A DNA stretch of 63,935 nucleotides, taken from Macrostomum lignano (taxonomy: Eukaryota). Under the pieces are notes generated by a model. The model saw nothing but the letters and a program-made list of their open reading frames with translations. It ran no database searches and was not told where the DNA came from. Of this stretch, positions 51,196 to 63,935 are shown piece by piece. The stretch spans positions 1-63,935 of the forward strand of contig NIVC01003596.1 in the NCBI GenBank assembly GCA_002269645.1, written 5' to 3'. Positions within the stretch are counted from its first letter, which is position 1. Every line of letters starts with the position of its first letter. The position numbers were made by a program, and so were the translations under genes.

Positions 51196-54100
51196 TCAGC
51201 GCTTCCGCCGCTTATTGCCCTTGCCCTGCTGCTGTTGCTGCTTATTCGGTCGTTTGGCAAAAATCTTCTTCCGGCCAGCGGCGCCGTCGCCACTGTCAAA
51301 GTCGGCCGCCTCATCCGCCTCGGCGGCGTCCTCGCCGTCGTCTCCGTCGTCGTCGGCGCCGCCGCGGCGCTTCTTCGCCTGGCGGCCCTTCATCAAATCC
51401 TGCAGCTCCATCTTGGCGATGCGCTGCGCTTCGCTAACCTGTATGAAGGAATGGATTAAAAAGATCAATGAAGGTCAACTAAGTCAACCCATGAAAACGG
51501 TACCCAGGCCAAGAAGCGTCCCAGAGTCACGTGTGTCGCCCGAGGGTTGTCACGGTACAAGTCGCCAAAAAGTCATATTGAGGTGTTTTATTGTCTGTGA
51601 CTCTGAAACAACTCTGGGGACGTAAAGTCGTAACTGAGTAGCTTCTAAAGCGAATCTGGGTCACCTTATGAATCAAATTTCGCATTTCAAACAACTCTAT
51701 TCAGTCTACCTGAATTAGTAGAAAGTTTAAGCGCTACGTTTGAGTCCTTAAAAAATCGCAGGGGTGGCCCCAGAGACGCCAGAGTCACCAGTGAGTTGTT
51801 TGCAAGGACTTTTTAGCAATTCTTGTCCCGGTATCGATTTAGTGGGGTACCTGCCTGACGATTAGAAAGTCAAAGGGCCATTGTACACCCTGTGTGACCG
51901 TGTGTGAGTGCTGTGCCTGTGTACAGTCTTGGTGCGCTTGTGTGTGGTCAGGTGAGCGGAATGGGCAAAATTGCCTCAGCGCTCACACATGCACCATGAT
52001 GGTGTACAGCTGCCCCGAGTGTACTGTCTGCACGTGAAGACGCTGTCCCTTATGGGCGACAAAAATAAGCGGTCACGCACGGAATCGAACTCAGTGAATT
52101 CTGACGCCTACCTGATCGCCCAGCCGAACCACCTCGTCCCGGTTGACCTCGTAGAGCGGCAGCTTCTTGCCGATGGCCCGTTCCACCTCCATGTAGAGCA
52201 TGACGTCGTATTGCGTAACAAAAGTCACCGACTTTCCCGGCCGGCCGGCCCGAGCTGTCCGGCCAACCCGGTGGACGTAGTCTTTAACGTTGCTAGACAG
52301 ATCAAAGTTCAACACGTTGTCAACGTGCGGAATGTCCAGGCCTCTGCTAGCGACGTCCGTGGCAACTAGGATGCCGCGGTCGCGAGCCCGGAATTTATTC
52401 AGGGCGGCGATGCGCTTGTTCTGCGCCATCTGACCGTGCAGCGGCACGGCTGAGAAGCCGAGAGCTCGAAGCAGCAGGGCCACCCGGCTGGCCTGCAGTC
52501 TGGTGTGGGTGAACACTATGGTGCTGCCGGACAGCTGGTGCAACAGGTAGGCCAGATAGTGGTCCTTGAGCTTGGCCGGGATGAACAGGTAATATTGGGA
52601 CAGCTTGTCCACTGTGCTGTACTTGCCGCTGACCTCCACTTTGACTGGATCGCGAAGGCTGGCGCGTTGCAGTTTGGCCACCTTCTTGGTCATTGTGGCG
52701 CTAAATAGGAAGGTGCGCCTGTCGCGGGGAAGCTCCTGGGACAAGCGGGCGAGATATGGGTCAGAGACTATTTTTTTAATTTGTTATTATGGATTTGTCA
52801 GGGGCGATTCGTATGGAGTTGTTAGGGACGATTATTACGGATTTGTCAGGGGCGATTCTTATGGATTTGTTAGGGGCGATCCTTACGGATTTGTCAGGGG
52901 CGATTCTTATGAATATTTCAGGGGCGATTATTATGGATGTTTAAGTGGCGATTCTTATGGATTTGTCAGAGGCGATTATTATGGATATGTCAGGGGCGAT
53001 TCTTACGGATTTGTTAGGGACGATTATTATGGATTTGTTAGGGGCGATTCTTACGATTTGTCAGAGGCGATTATTATGGATATTTCAGGGGCGATTCTTA
53101 TGAATATTTCAGGGGCAATTATTATGGATATGTCAGGGGCGATTATTATGGATTTGTCAGGGGCGATTCTTATGGGTGTCAGGGGCGATTATTATGGATA
53201 TGTCAGGGGCGATTATTATGGATATGTCAGGGGCGATTCTTATGGATATGTCAGGAGCGATTATTATGGATATGGTAGGAAGCGATGCTTATGGATTTCG
53301 GGGGCGATTGTTATGGACATTAGCAGAAAGCGTTGACAGATAATTAGAAAGGGTTTAAAGGTTTATAGTTTTAAAAAAGAGGAATGCAACGTACCTTTAA
53401 AATTTTAGTGAGCGAGTCCTCAAAGTCCATATTGAGAATCCGATCGGCCTCATCAAGCACTAGGAAGCGGAGCCGGCGCAAATCGAAGCCTTTGGTATCG
53501 GCCAGGTGGTCGGCCAGGCGGCCGGGCGTGGCAATGATCACGTGATGCTGCCGCTTGGACAGCACAATGGCCTGGTCGGTTTTGTGCAGGCCGCCGACTA
53601 AACAAATTGTGCGAACTCCGAGCGGCTTGCCGAGGGCCTGCGTAGCAACAGGGGTTTGGATGAGGCAAATTCGCCACTTCAGTTTATCAGAATCGCCACT
53701 GACACATCCATAATAATCGCCCCTGACACCCATAAGAATCTCCACTGACACATCCATAATAATCGCTATTAACACATCCATAATAATCGCTCCTAACACA
53801 TCCATAATAATCGCCCTTTGATAGATCAATAATAATCGCCACTGAGACATCCATAATAATCGCTCCTAACACATCCATAATAATCGCTCCTAACACATCC
53901 ATAATAATCGCCCTTTGATAGATCAATAATAATCGCCACTGATACATCCATAATAATCGCCACTGACACATCCATAAGAATCGCCACTGACACATCCATA
54001 ATAATCGCCACTGACACATCCATAATAATCGCCACTGACACATCCATAAGAATCGCCACTGACACATCCATAATAATCGCCACTGACACATCCATAATAA

Positions 54101-55295
54101 TCGCCCCTGAAACATCCATAATAATCGACCCTGACATAACCAAAATAATCGCCAGACACATCCAAAAGAGTCTCCACTGACATATCCATAATAATCGCCC
54201 CTGACGCATCCAAATTAATCGCCACTGACAAATCCATAAGAACCGCCCCTGACAAATGCATAAGAATCGTCTAAAGCAGACGAAAGAAATTGCAAAAAAT
54301 GCTCTGAAGGTGAGCTGAAAGCCGCACCTGAAACTGCTCCTGAATCTGGATGGCCAGCTCTCTTGTTGGCGTGAGCACCAGTGCAAAGTTCGGGTGCGCC
54401 TCGCCATCCAGCAGAGCCTGAATGATGGGCAGCGCGAATGCGGCCGTCTTGCCCGAGCCGGTTTCGGCCAAACCGATCACATCCCGGCCGGACAGGGCCA
54501 GCGGGATGGCCTCGACCTGGATGGCTGTTGGCGCACGCCATTGCAGGCTGGCGATCACATCGCACAGGGCTTCGTTGACGCCCTGGAAATATATAGGATT
54601 TTATGGATTGGTATTGTGAGCTTTTTGTACCTAACAGCTATTTAATCTACAAATAACAAGGCCAATCGGTCTAACATTTTGGCCATGATCCCAGATCCCA
54701 GATCTTAGAATAGATCCCAGATCTCAGATCCCATATCCCAGATCCCAGATCCTAGATCCCAGATCCCAGATCCTAGATCCCAGATCATAGATCCCAGATC
54801 ATAGATCCCTGATCCTAGATCCCTGATCCTAGATCCCTGATCCTAGATCCCTGATCCTAGATCCCTGATCCTAGATCCTAGATCCCAGATCCTAGATCCC
54901 AGATCCCAGATCCCAGATCCTAGATCCCAGATCCCAGATCCCAGATCCCAGATCCTAGATCCCAGATCCTAGATCCCAGATCCTAGATCCCAGATCCTAG
55001 ATCCCAGATCCCAGATCCTAGATCCCAGATCCTAGATCCCAGATCCCAGACCCAGATCCTAGATCTTAGACCCAAGATCTTAGATAATCAATCCTAGATC
55101 CCAGATTCTACATCCTAGATCCTAGTTTCTAGATTTTCTGACAATCTTGTCACTTGAACAAGAATAGAGTTTTATTGCATTTAAAGTGCAGGCATATGTA
55201 ATGGGGCATACTTGAACAACTCTTACCAAATCTGCAAATGTTGTCACCTTCTCCACCTGCATTTCATCTTGCTGTTTGACATCTTCTGTTGCCAT
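51196..55295 (-). CDS. DDX47: DEAD-box RNA helicase DDX47/Rrp3, ~477 aa
   Basis: Exons 55227-55295, 54328-54582, 53395-53637, 52112-52735, 51196-51438 (all phase 0). [56 protein letters not shown]. Confidence 0.93.
52785..53325 (+). repeat. 24-bp minisatellite in DDX47 intron 3
   Basis: Unit GTCAGGGGCGATTATTATGGATAT. Confidence 0.92.
53690..54265 (-). repeat. Same 24-bp minisatellite family, inverted, in DDX47 intron 2
   Basis: Plus unit ACATCCATAATAATCGCCACTGAC; its reverse complement is 22/24 identical to the intron 3 unit. Confidence 0.92.
54685..55130. repeat. 7-bp repeat AGATCC(C/T) in DDX47 intron 1
   Basis: Direct observation. Confidence 0.92.
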
Positions 55296-58239
55296 AATTG
55301 TAAGATTGTCTGAAATATAATAAAACTTATTAATTAATTATTAACAAGAAAAACTGTTGTTATTACAATAATAGACTTAAATTTACTTTAAAATATTAAG
55401 AATAGTTCTTTTGTAGGTTTCTATTTTATATATAAAAGCTAAGATAATAAATTTATAACTTAGCTAATAAAAACAATGCAACATTCTAGTCATAAAATAG
55501 CCTTACCAATATACCTTTATGAGTATATGTATATTATAATACTAGATTAATAAATGATTGGGCTTATAATATACTTTACATTTTTTGCACTATGCTTATT
55601 ATTTATATTAGACCAACCCCCTATACTAGTTTTGACTACATGTGCAATACCCAGTAAATCTATCTAATTTGGCTAAGTGATAAAGTAGACCCTAGCTAAA
55701 GCAAGCATATCATAAACCAATCCAAGGCATTCTTCTCAAATCATTCATTAAACTGCTTTTCAATGATTTTTGCATTTTCTCTATTTTGGAAGCTGATTTT
55801 AGCATGTTTTGACATCCCCCAAGCTATTAAAACAGTAAAATTAACAACTTTTGTTTTTAAGCACTTTTTCCATCTCTAGACTAGAGCAAAGCAAAAAAGA
55901 AGTGAGCGAGTATAGTGAGTTAAACTTGTATTTATACTAACATAGCAAACAAGTTAGCTTAAATATATGTGATAAAATAATGGCTGGGATTGTGTGGGGA
56001 AGAGCATGATAGACAAAGGGGGTTGGCTAACTGAAAAGTACAAAGCTGAATTGCAAAACAGAAAGTATAAATCTAACATATGTTGTATGATATAGCACTG
56101 ATGCTTGTTGGAAGTGTCTATGGTCCAAAAATATAAGTTGGTTAGAGGGATTGGAGAAATCTGAGCACTTAGACTTATGTTCTTGCTGCTAATTAATTCT
56201 TGCTATGACCATTAACCAACTATTAAGTCTATAATACCATGTCAGGAAGCTGCCCTTAAATTGTTAGGAATTTCTAAAGACAGAAAAAAGTGCTTAAAAA
56301 ACAAAGTTCAAACCCAAGTTCAAACATTAAAAAAAACAGTTTTATAAATGATTTGAGTTTGAGAAAAATGCCTAATTCTTGTTATAGCCAATAGTTATTA
56401 TCTTAGATAATGTTTGGCATAGATTGTCCCCTAGCAATGCAAGCATAGTTTGGCATATTGGGTTAGTCTAGGATAAGAAAAGGGGGAAGCATTTGGCACA
56501 GTTCAAACTATGGAAATAATATTCAATAGGAAAACCAATTAACATAATAAAAAAATTATAAAATCAATAGGCCTATACAAGGCAAAATATTAAAAATAAA
56601 ATGATAAAAACAAAAGAAAAGCAGAAAAAACTTATATGATTAAAAAACAAACTAATTAATAAAGGAACTTTATAAATCAAAGCAAAACTAAAGTCAAAGA
56701 AAAAAGGTTTTAATTGCAAAAAAAATCAAACCTAGGCCTATATATTGCAAAAAGGCTCTTTAGATATAAATAGAAAACTATTCTGGCTAGGTAGGCTAAA
56801 ATTCAGATTGCATAGGCCAATGTATATTTGGTTGGCTTAGCTACTTTTTAGTCTTGCATTTCCTTCATTTTCTCTATTTTTCCTGATCCTATGCTATAGA
56901 CAATCAACTATATATTGATAAACAAAGCCTAGCTATTTTATTTCTCAAATGGAGCCTATATAGGGTATAGGGCATAGGGGTTTACAATCAATGGCAATGA
57001 GCATAGTAGCATAAACTAATTGGGCCCTAAGTCATGAAGTTTATCTTATTAGGGTAGGCCTAATAATGTTATATTTATTTAAACTATATAAAATATAGTA
57101 TTGTCTATTGAATAGGCCCTATAAATATAATGGCTATATTGAGGCCGATGGTAAAAATTGTGGTTACTAAATTGAATTTTTGATGCCCCTAGGCCCTAGT
57201 ATAACATTGAATGTGAATAAAACAATTCAATCAGACAGGCAGCAGGCTGAGCTGAGAAGTGAGGGTCAAAGGTATGCAATATTACACTTACAGAAAACTA
57301 TGTTACAAAATTTTTGTCCAAATATATTAGACACAGCTTAAGGGAATTGAGTGGCCACATTATTATTTCGTAATTTTAAAAAACTTATCCACAGTTACTC
57401 CTAATCATAATAACTAAGACTAAGACAAGTGCTTACTTACAATTAAGACAATTTAACAGCGCATTCAATCAGGCCGCCGTACAGACTGTAAACCAAATTC
57501 CATCAAATACCGGCACGCTTAGTATTACGAAATAAAACAAAAGCTGTGTCTTAAAACTCCACTTTTAAAAAAACTTACAATAGAAGACAATTGGAACTAA
57601 TTTTTATGTTCTTTTATTGTTTTAGAAATAATTTTTTTAACGAAAAAGCTTTACATTTCCTGCGACTAATGAAAATTTGACTTTTATATTCCATTGCTAT
57701 TAATCGTCAGAATATTATACAAATAATTATTTACACCTGATTATTTTATTAATACCTCAAAGCTCAGTCGTGAAGTTTTGACAAAAAATGTATAAGCTTC
57801 TTCTCTATCACGTCACTTTCTGGTGCATTTTTTTTCTTTTTGCGTCAGTAGACTTCTACGCCAGCGGCATTTAAACTCGCAATTTGCAATAGCATAAATG
57901 GCCTCTTTAGGGAATATGTAACGAACAATAGAGCTATAACTATGGCAGTGTATGAGTTTTTATAATTTATTGTAAGAGAAATTTTCTGATTTCTAAAAAC
58001 CTTAAAAAACTTTACTTTTAGGAAAATTTTTCTTTTTAGCATAATATATCCTGACTGACTTGATAGATTAAGATGGAATTGTCGCAATAATTAGTGAAAA
58101 TTATACTTATTAATTAATAATATTATAAGATTCCTGCAGTATGGAATTATATTAGTCATATAATGCATGTAATAAATATATTTATCTATACAATCTATAC
58201 AATGCATGCTCTAAGACTTGCAAGGTCCCAGTTGCAAAT

Positions 58240-61200
58240 ATGGCACTCGTCTCTATGGAGACCTCGATAACAAATGCCGGCTCCACAGAGGAGGCCGAAG
58301 CAATTGCCGGCGTCGGAATTGAGCAGAACAGTGCAGAGAGCCGCGCGCTGGTGCCGGTGCTGCCTGAAGAGTGGCCGCTGCCGCATCAGCAGCGCAGGCG
58401 CTACTACAACAATATGGAGTTCACCAGCGTCACGCACACGTCGGTGAATAAAGCCCAAGCCCACATGGAGCTGTTGCAAAACGCCATCGAGGACTGGATG
58501 GCCCAGCAGACGCCATCGCAGATTTCTCAACCTGCTCTGCGAAGCGGCAAGTCGCTCGGCACGGCGAAGTCGACGGCGACGTCGGCAAAAAGTGCACCCG
58601 CAACTGCAGCCGGAAAGGCCGCCTCGTCTTTGGGTGACGCCTCGGCTAAGCAGGCGCCGCTGGAGGTTGTTGGAGTCGGTCAGCAGCAGCCGCAGCCGAA
58701 CTTTGTCTACTACGAGGATGATCCAGGCGTGCCGTACCTCGGCGCCGAGGAGGTCGTGCAGGAAGTGATGCAGCTAATGGTGAAGCTGGAGAACGATCGG
58801 CTTCAGGCTGAGGAAGACATCCGACTGGAGCGGGGCAAAGTTATCGAGCTGGCCTCCAGGATTGATCGATTGAGCGAGGCCAAGCTGCTGCAGATGCCAG
58901 TCGCTGTGCAGGCCGGTGAGTTATGCAATTTGTCATGCCAATTGATGATGTCATTAGTTTGGGGGGGGGGGCAAAGCAGTTCAGCGGTAACAGGTCTGAC
59001 TCTCGCACCACACCTCAGACCCGGGGTTCGATTCCGTGCTCAGCTACAATCCCGCATTCATTGGGGGCTTCTGTGCACGAAAACTGGCCTGGACTTGTCT
59101 TCGTGCGATTTACCTCAATGAGGGACAACCCCAAGGCACAGAGTGTACATGTCTGATGATTAGATAGTCAGGGCCGCTGTACACTCTGTGTGAGTGTGTG
59201 TCTATGTCAGCGGAATGAGAGGAATTGCTTTTCCAGGGTACCCACAACCATCCTGTAATTTTAAAAGTATTTTTTATTATGGTTGCGTATATCATTTTTG
59301 ACGTCACAAGCTTGCATCTGCCCATGTTCTCACTCTAATTTGAACTTCAATCGAAAAAACCCAATTGATTTCCCCAGAACACGAGGCGTGCATCGAAGAC
59401 ATCGCCGAGCTCAACTGGCACGTGCAGAGCAAGCGCAAGAATTTGGAGAAAAGTCGCCGTCGGCACGCCAAAAGTGTCCGAATGAACGAGGAAATCAAAG
59501 AAGAGATGGCCTATATACGCGTGCATGAGTGAGCTCATAGATCTAGCATTTTATACACTCTCCGACAATCTCACATAAGTCGTTTTACAAATGATGCCGA
59601 TTTTGACTTTTCAGTCCTCTTGTCAGAGAAAAACTTCAGCTGGAACTTAGCAAAATAGACACCATCAAGGAAGAAGGCAGCGATGTAAGACATTTTTAAT
59701 CTAATTTGAATGTCACTATTCTATTTATTTGTCTACTTTTAGATGTACTTCTTGGTTTTTCACTCTGGAGTCTTTGTTACAGAACTTGCACTGCGCCAAA
59801 TGCAGAAACTTCCTAAAGAATGTCCAACGTGAACTTAAGCCTCCCTAGATTTTGACCTCTCTTTTTTATTGTAAGTAAACACCTATTGACCCAATTAACC
59901 ACGTGTTGCCCTTTGCTCCGACAGACTCGCAAAGAGATGCAAGACACAAAAAAGAAACTGGACCGGGTCGAAAAGAAGAACAAAGACGCGCACGGAGTGG
60001 CTAATCAGGAGCGCGCTCGCATGAAGGGCGAAGTAGACAAAGCGACGGACAACCTGCAGAAGGCGCGCGACGCGGTGCAAAAAAGCGAAGAGCAATTCGT
60101 CGAACTATGCGAACGGATCGTCAACTCTAAGGAGAAGAACCGCTCCAACAAGCAGGAGATCGAGGAGCTGCGCGTCAAGAATGCGGCTGCCTACAAGCGA
60201 CAGAATGAGCTGCAGGCCACTGTCGACGAGCTGACAAAAACTCTGCGCTACGAAGAGCACCAGACGCGACTGCTGGACGAAGAACTGTACCAGACTCAGG
60301 ACAACCACGAAAAGCTTGTGAGTGACCTCTCGTCCATCTGCGTTTCCACACTGGTTCTTCGTAAACTTTACTCTGACTCAAATATTGGTAAATAAAACGT
60401 TAAATAAATCCAGAAAGCCAACCAGGACGCCCAGAAAGCAGAGATGCAGGCGGCTGTGGACCACAGCGAGGATCGGTACATATTCCTGCGCCGCGAAGCC
60501 GATGAACACGCCACGGAACTGCAGGACATGCAGGATCGCTTGAAGGACTGGTTCGTTTGCATTGGTTTTCGTTTAAAATAAATTTCACGCAGACATACGA
60601 GTACATTTTAAGCATGAAAAGTCTAGTGTTACGCCATTTCAAAATTCTGCAGTGAGCGCCAAAAAGTGGACGACGAGAAGAACCTTGCCCGCATGGAGGC
60701 GGAGCTGGAGCGAACGCAGGAGGAAATGGAGCGCATCCTTGAGGAGTTCGGAAAAGTGGCCCAGGAGCACTCCAACGTGGCTAAGAAGCTGGAGAGCGAG
60801 GAGAAAAAAGTGATGTTTGTTGAAGACTCGCTCAAAGCCACGATCACGCAGCTGCAGAAGCAGGTTGAGGACGAGATTGCCACTCGCGAGCGGCTGATCG
60901 TTCGTATCGAAACAGACACGCGCGACCTGGGGAAATCCAAGGTCGAGGCCAAGGTCAGTTGCAGGGTCCAATCAGGATGTAAGTAAGGAGGTTTGTAGTA
61001 CGAAAATTGTTGACTCCGGTCACATCGACCGGAGCGGATCAGTGGTGTGTGGAGTAGGCGAAAGTGGGTCTGAGGTTTGCCAGATTAATGTCAGCCGTAG
61101 GAGGGGTGAACTTCCATGACTTGGGGTTGTCAGAGTGTAGGCACAGCGAGTGTTCACAACATGGGATGGATGTCAGGTACTCGTATCGCTTTTACTGCTT

Positions 61201-63352
61201 GAGAAGGGTTTTTTCAGTTAGCATTGATCATGAAGATGTGGAGAACGGTCCGGTTAGTCACGGGTTTGAATTTACGAGCTAGCAATCATTGTGTGCTGTC
61301 TAAATTAAGCGATCTGTCATTGTAGATTAGCTCCTATTAATAGGTGTTCATGGCATAGCATCATCGGTTCAATCTCTCTCAACCAACAGGTGAAGAAGGC
61401 CAAACTGAAGAAAATGTCCGAAAAAATGGAGGTCCTGGTGTCGCAGATGCGCCAGAAGGTCGCGAAACTGCGCGCCGAATCGGCCGAAAAGTGCGCCGTA
61501 GCCGATGCGCTTCAACGCGAGCTGGACGACCTCCTCGAAGAGCGGCGCCAAACCGAGGCTCGACTGGACGGTCGAATCGGCGAACTGCGGCCGAAGCACG
61601 AGGCCGAGAAGGCCGAAGTGGACCGTCTGGTGGCCAGGTTGGCCGAAATCGGCGAGCAGATCGAGATGATGAACAAGAAAATCCGGGACATCTATGACCA
61701 GACTGGCATGATCAAGCGGACTCAGATGAAGTTCACTGACGCAATCCGGATGCTTGAGTGAGGAGAGAAAGATGCAATTTTACCATTTTACCGGGTTAAG
61801 CACACATGCCCATTGACAATCTTATAAAATCCCACAAACCTACAACGGTTGTCACCAACCCCAGGGATCAGATGCAGCAGTTGACACACGAGTTGTCAAA
61901 GTCGACCCGCAGCGACGATTCGTTGAAGGCGCAGCTGGCCGCAGTTCAGGCTCGAATGGCCTCCAGGGCGGACGAGCATCGGCGGCTGCAGGAGAACCGG
62001 CGGGAGACGCAGCGGCAGCTGGAGGTGAAAATAATTTCAATAATATTTATCTAACAGAATTCAACCTATACTACTGCTCTGCAACTCAAACAGTAGAACA
62101 GTACGCATTTGAGTAACATTTATACCCGGACACGCGTTTTAGAGCGAGTACAGGGCGGCTCTGGAGGAAAACCGTCGCCTTGCCGGGGACTATCGGGCCA
62201 GGCAGAACGAGGTCTTCCGCATGAAAGAGGACCTGCTGGACCTGTTGAACGAGATCCTGAGACGGGAGGAGGCTGTGCGCGACCTCAAGCAGGGGAAGCG
62301 GCTGCAAGAGAAGACCCATTTCGCCCTCAAGACCTACCTGCGCTACAAGCAGCAGCTCACTGAACTGCAGATGGACGACATGCAGAGTCGCGGCCGGTGA
62401 GGGGGACTCCCCGATGGGCCCAGTAATCTTCTTCTCACCGTGTTTTCTTATCATATCACTTCTCATCTTATCGCCTCTCATCCAGTTGTCTCTCCTCAGC
62501 CTGTTGTCTCTTCTCACCCTATTGTCTCTTCTCCCCCTGTTGTCTCTTCTCCCCCTGTTGTCTCTTCTCCCCCTGTTGTCTCTTCTCCCCCTGTTGTCTC
62601 TTCTCCCCCTGTTGTCTCTTCTCCCCCTGTTGTCTCTTCTCCCCCTGTTGTCTCTTCTCCCCTGTTGTCTCTTCTCCCCCTGTTGTCTCTTCTCCCCTGT
62701 TGTCTCTTCTCCCCTGTTGTCTCTTCTCCCCTTGTTGTCTCTCCTCAGCCTGTTGTCTCTTCTCACCCTATTGTCTCTTCTCCCCCTGTTGTCTCTTCTC
62801 CCCTTGTTGTCTCTTCTCCCCTCTGCTATCATCTCACCTCTTATCTTATCGCCTCTCACCCAGTTGTCTCTTCTCACCCTGTTGTATTTCCTCACCCTGT
62901 TGTCTCTTCTCACCTTGTTGTCTCTTCTCACCCTGTTGCCTCTTCTCCCCCTGTCATCTCTTCTCACCCTGTTGTCTCTTCTCACCCTGTTGTCTCTTCT
63001 CCCCCTGTTGCCTCTTCTCCCCCTGTCATCTCTTCTCACCCTGTTGTCTCTTCTCCCCCTGTTTTCTCTTCTCACACTGTTGTCTCTTCTCCCCCAGTCG
63101 TCTCTTTTCACCATGCGCATCTTCCTCACATCCTCTCGGATTTGTTATTTCTTGCTTTCACCATATCACTCTCCTCTCCCTCTCCCCCCTCACCACAGGG
63201 AAAACCTGCACAAGACTCAGATCTTGGACTCCGAGATTCACCGCAACCTGGACGGCATCACTTCGTTCTTGACGTCCCAGATGGACGTTCTCATGCGAGG
63301 CCAGAGGGTTCAACAGGATCTTCCCGAAGGCGCTGCTGCCACTGCTGAATGA
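58240..63352 (+). CDS. CCDC178: CCDC178-like coiled-coil protein, ~887 aa
   Basis: Exons 58240-58915, 59378-59528, 59615-59684, 59925-60317, 60414-60550, 60653-60953, 61390-61757, 61865-62024, 62143-62396, 63199-63352; phases consistent. VQAEHEACIEDIAELNWH and MAYIRVHDPLV resemble CCDC178 (from memory). Confidence 0.7.
58965..59265 (+). mobile_element. tRNA-derived SINE-like element in CCDC178-like intron 1
   Basis: A-box-like AGTTCAGCGGTA (~58978), GGTCTGA/TCAGACC stem, perfect B-box GGTTCGATTCC (59025-59035), body with a 13-bp stem. 3' end uncertain. Confidence 0.55.
62440..63110. repeat. 18-bp pyrimidine-rich minisatellite in CCDC178-like intron 9
   Basis: Unit TCTCCCCCTGTTGTCTCT. Confidence 0.92.
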
Positions 63353-63672
63353 ACTGCCACTGCTGAGTGAACTGCCACTGCTGAATGAACTGCCACTGCT
63401 GAGTGAACTGCCACTGCTGAATGAACTGCCACTGCTGAGTGAACTGCCACTGCTGAGTGAACTGCCACTGCTGAATAACTGCCACTGCTGAGTGAACTGC
63501 CACTGCTGAATGAACTGCCACTGCTGAGTGAACTGCCACTGCTGAGTGAACTGCCACTGCTGAGTGAACTGCCACTGCTGAGTGAACTGCCACTGCTGAG
63601 TGAACTGCCACTGCTGAATGAACTGCCACTGCTGAATAAACTGCCACTGCTGAGTGAACTGCCACTGCTGAG
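63336..63672. repeat. 18-bp minisatellite overlapping the CCDC178-like stop codon and 3' UTR
   Basis: Unit GAACTGCCACTGCTGA(G/A)T. Confidence 0.92.
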
Positions 63673-63935
63673 ACAAATTGCGAGTACAAATCGTAAAACA
63701 AAAATCACCTTCTATATACCTTTTCTAGGGCCCACAACCCCCCCCCCAGCAGTAGACTGTGATTCGACCACCTATCTTCTAGCGAAGCATGTAAATTCTG
63801 AATAAACTTTTAATAATTTTATCCTGCTTATTTTTCATTGACAAACATTTTTCGGCAAAAACCATTGCAGAGATTAACTGACTTTCTTTCATTTGGCACT
63901 GAAATAAGTAAATACCCTAGCCATAGCTTGGCCTC

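Noticed and set aside
61011-61031. 8-bp hairpin CTCCGGTC/GACCGGAG in CCDC178-like intron 6 as a snoRNA or miRNA
   Set aside because: Too short; no C/D or H/ACA boxes identified.

Overview
Eukaryotic (metazoan) genomic DNA with GC/CpG-rich exons and a different minisatellite in almost every intron. This pattern suggests a flatworm such as Macrostomum (inference, not checked). Host genes were reconstructed by hand from GT-AG junctions with consistent phases: OGDH (minus, 7 exons, runs off the left edge), GTF3C3/Tfc4 (minus, 6 exons), TCP1/CCT1 (minus, 3), DDX47/RRP3 (minus, 5), a CCDC178-like gene (plus, 10), and an unrecognised two-exon gene for a secreted ~850-aa Arg-rich repeat protein (minus). 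Mobile DNA: a 296-bp hAT-like MITE carrying a 28S rRNA fragment next to the OGDH start; a nest in which a near-intact LOA-like LINE (69-bp TSD), a CAC-ended TIR element, and RTE-like and I/Ingi-like RT pieces interrupt or flank a dead Gypsy pol; a tRNA-derived SINE; and an 8.16-kb EnSpm/CACTA transposon in GTF3C3 intron 1. The best candidate for a new system is this EnSpm element. Besides a transposase and a BEN-domain gene it carries an ORF missed by the ORF track that ends in a CtIP/Sae2 C-terminal domain (CxxC...RHR...PNF), the module that activates MRN on hairpin or blocked DNA ends. Several single-base frameshifts fall in short homopolymers and are probably long-read errors.
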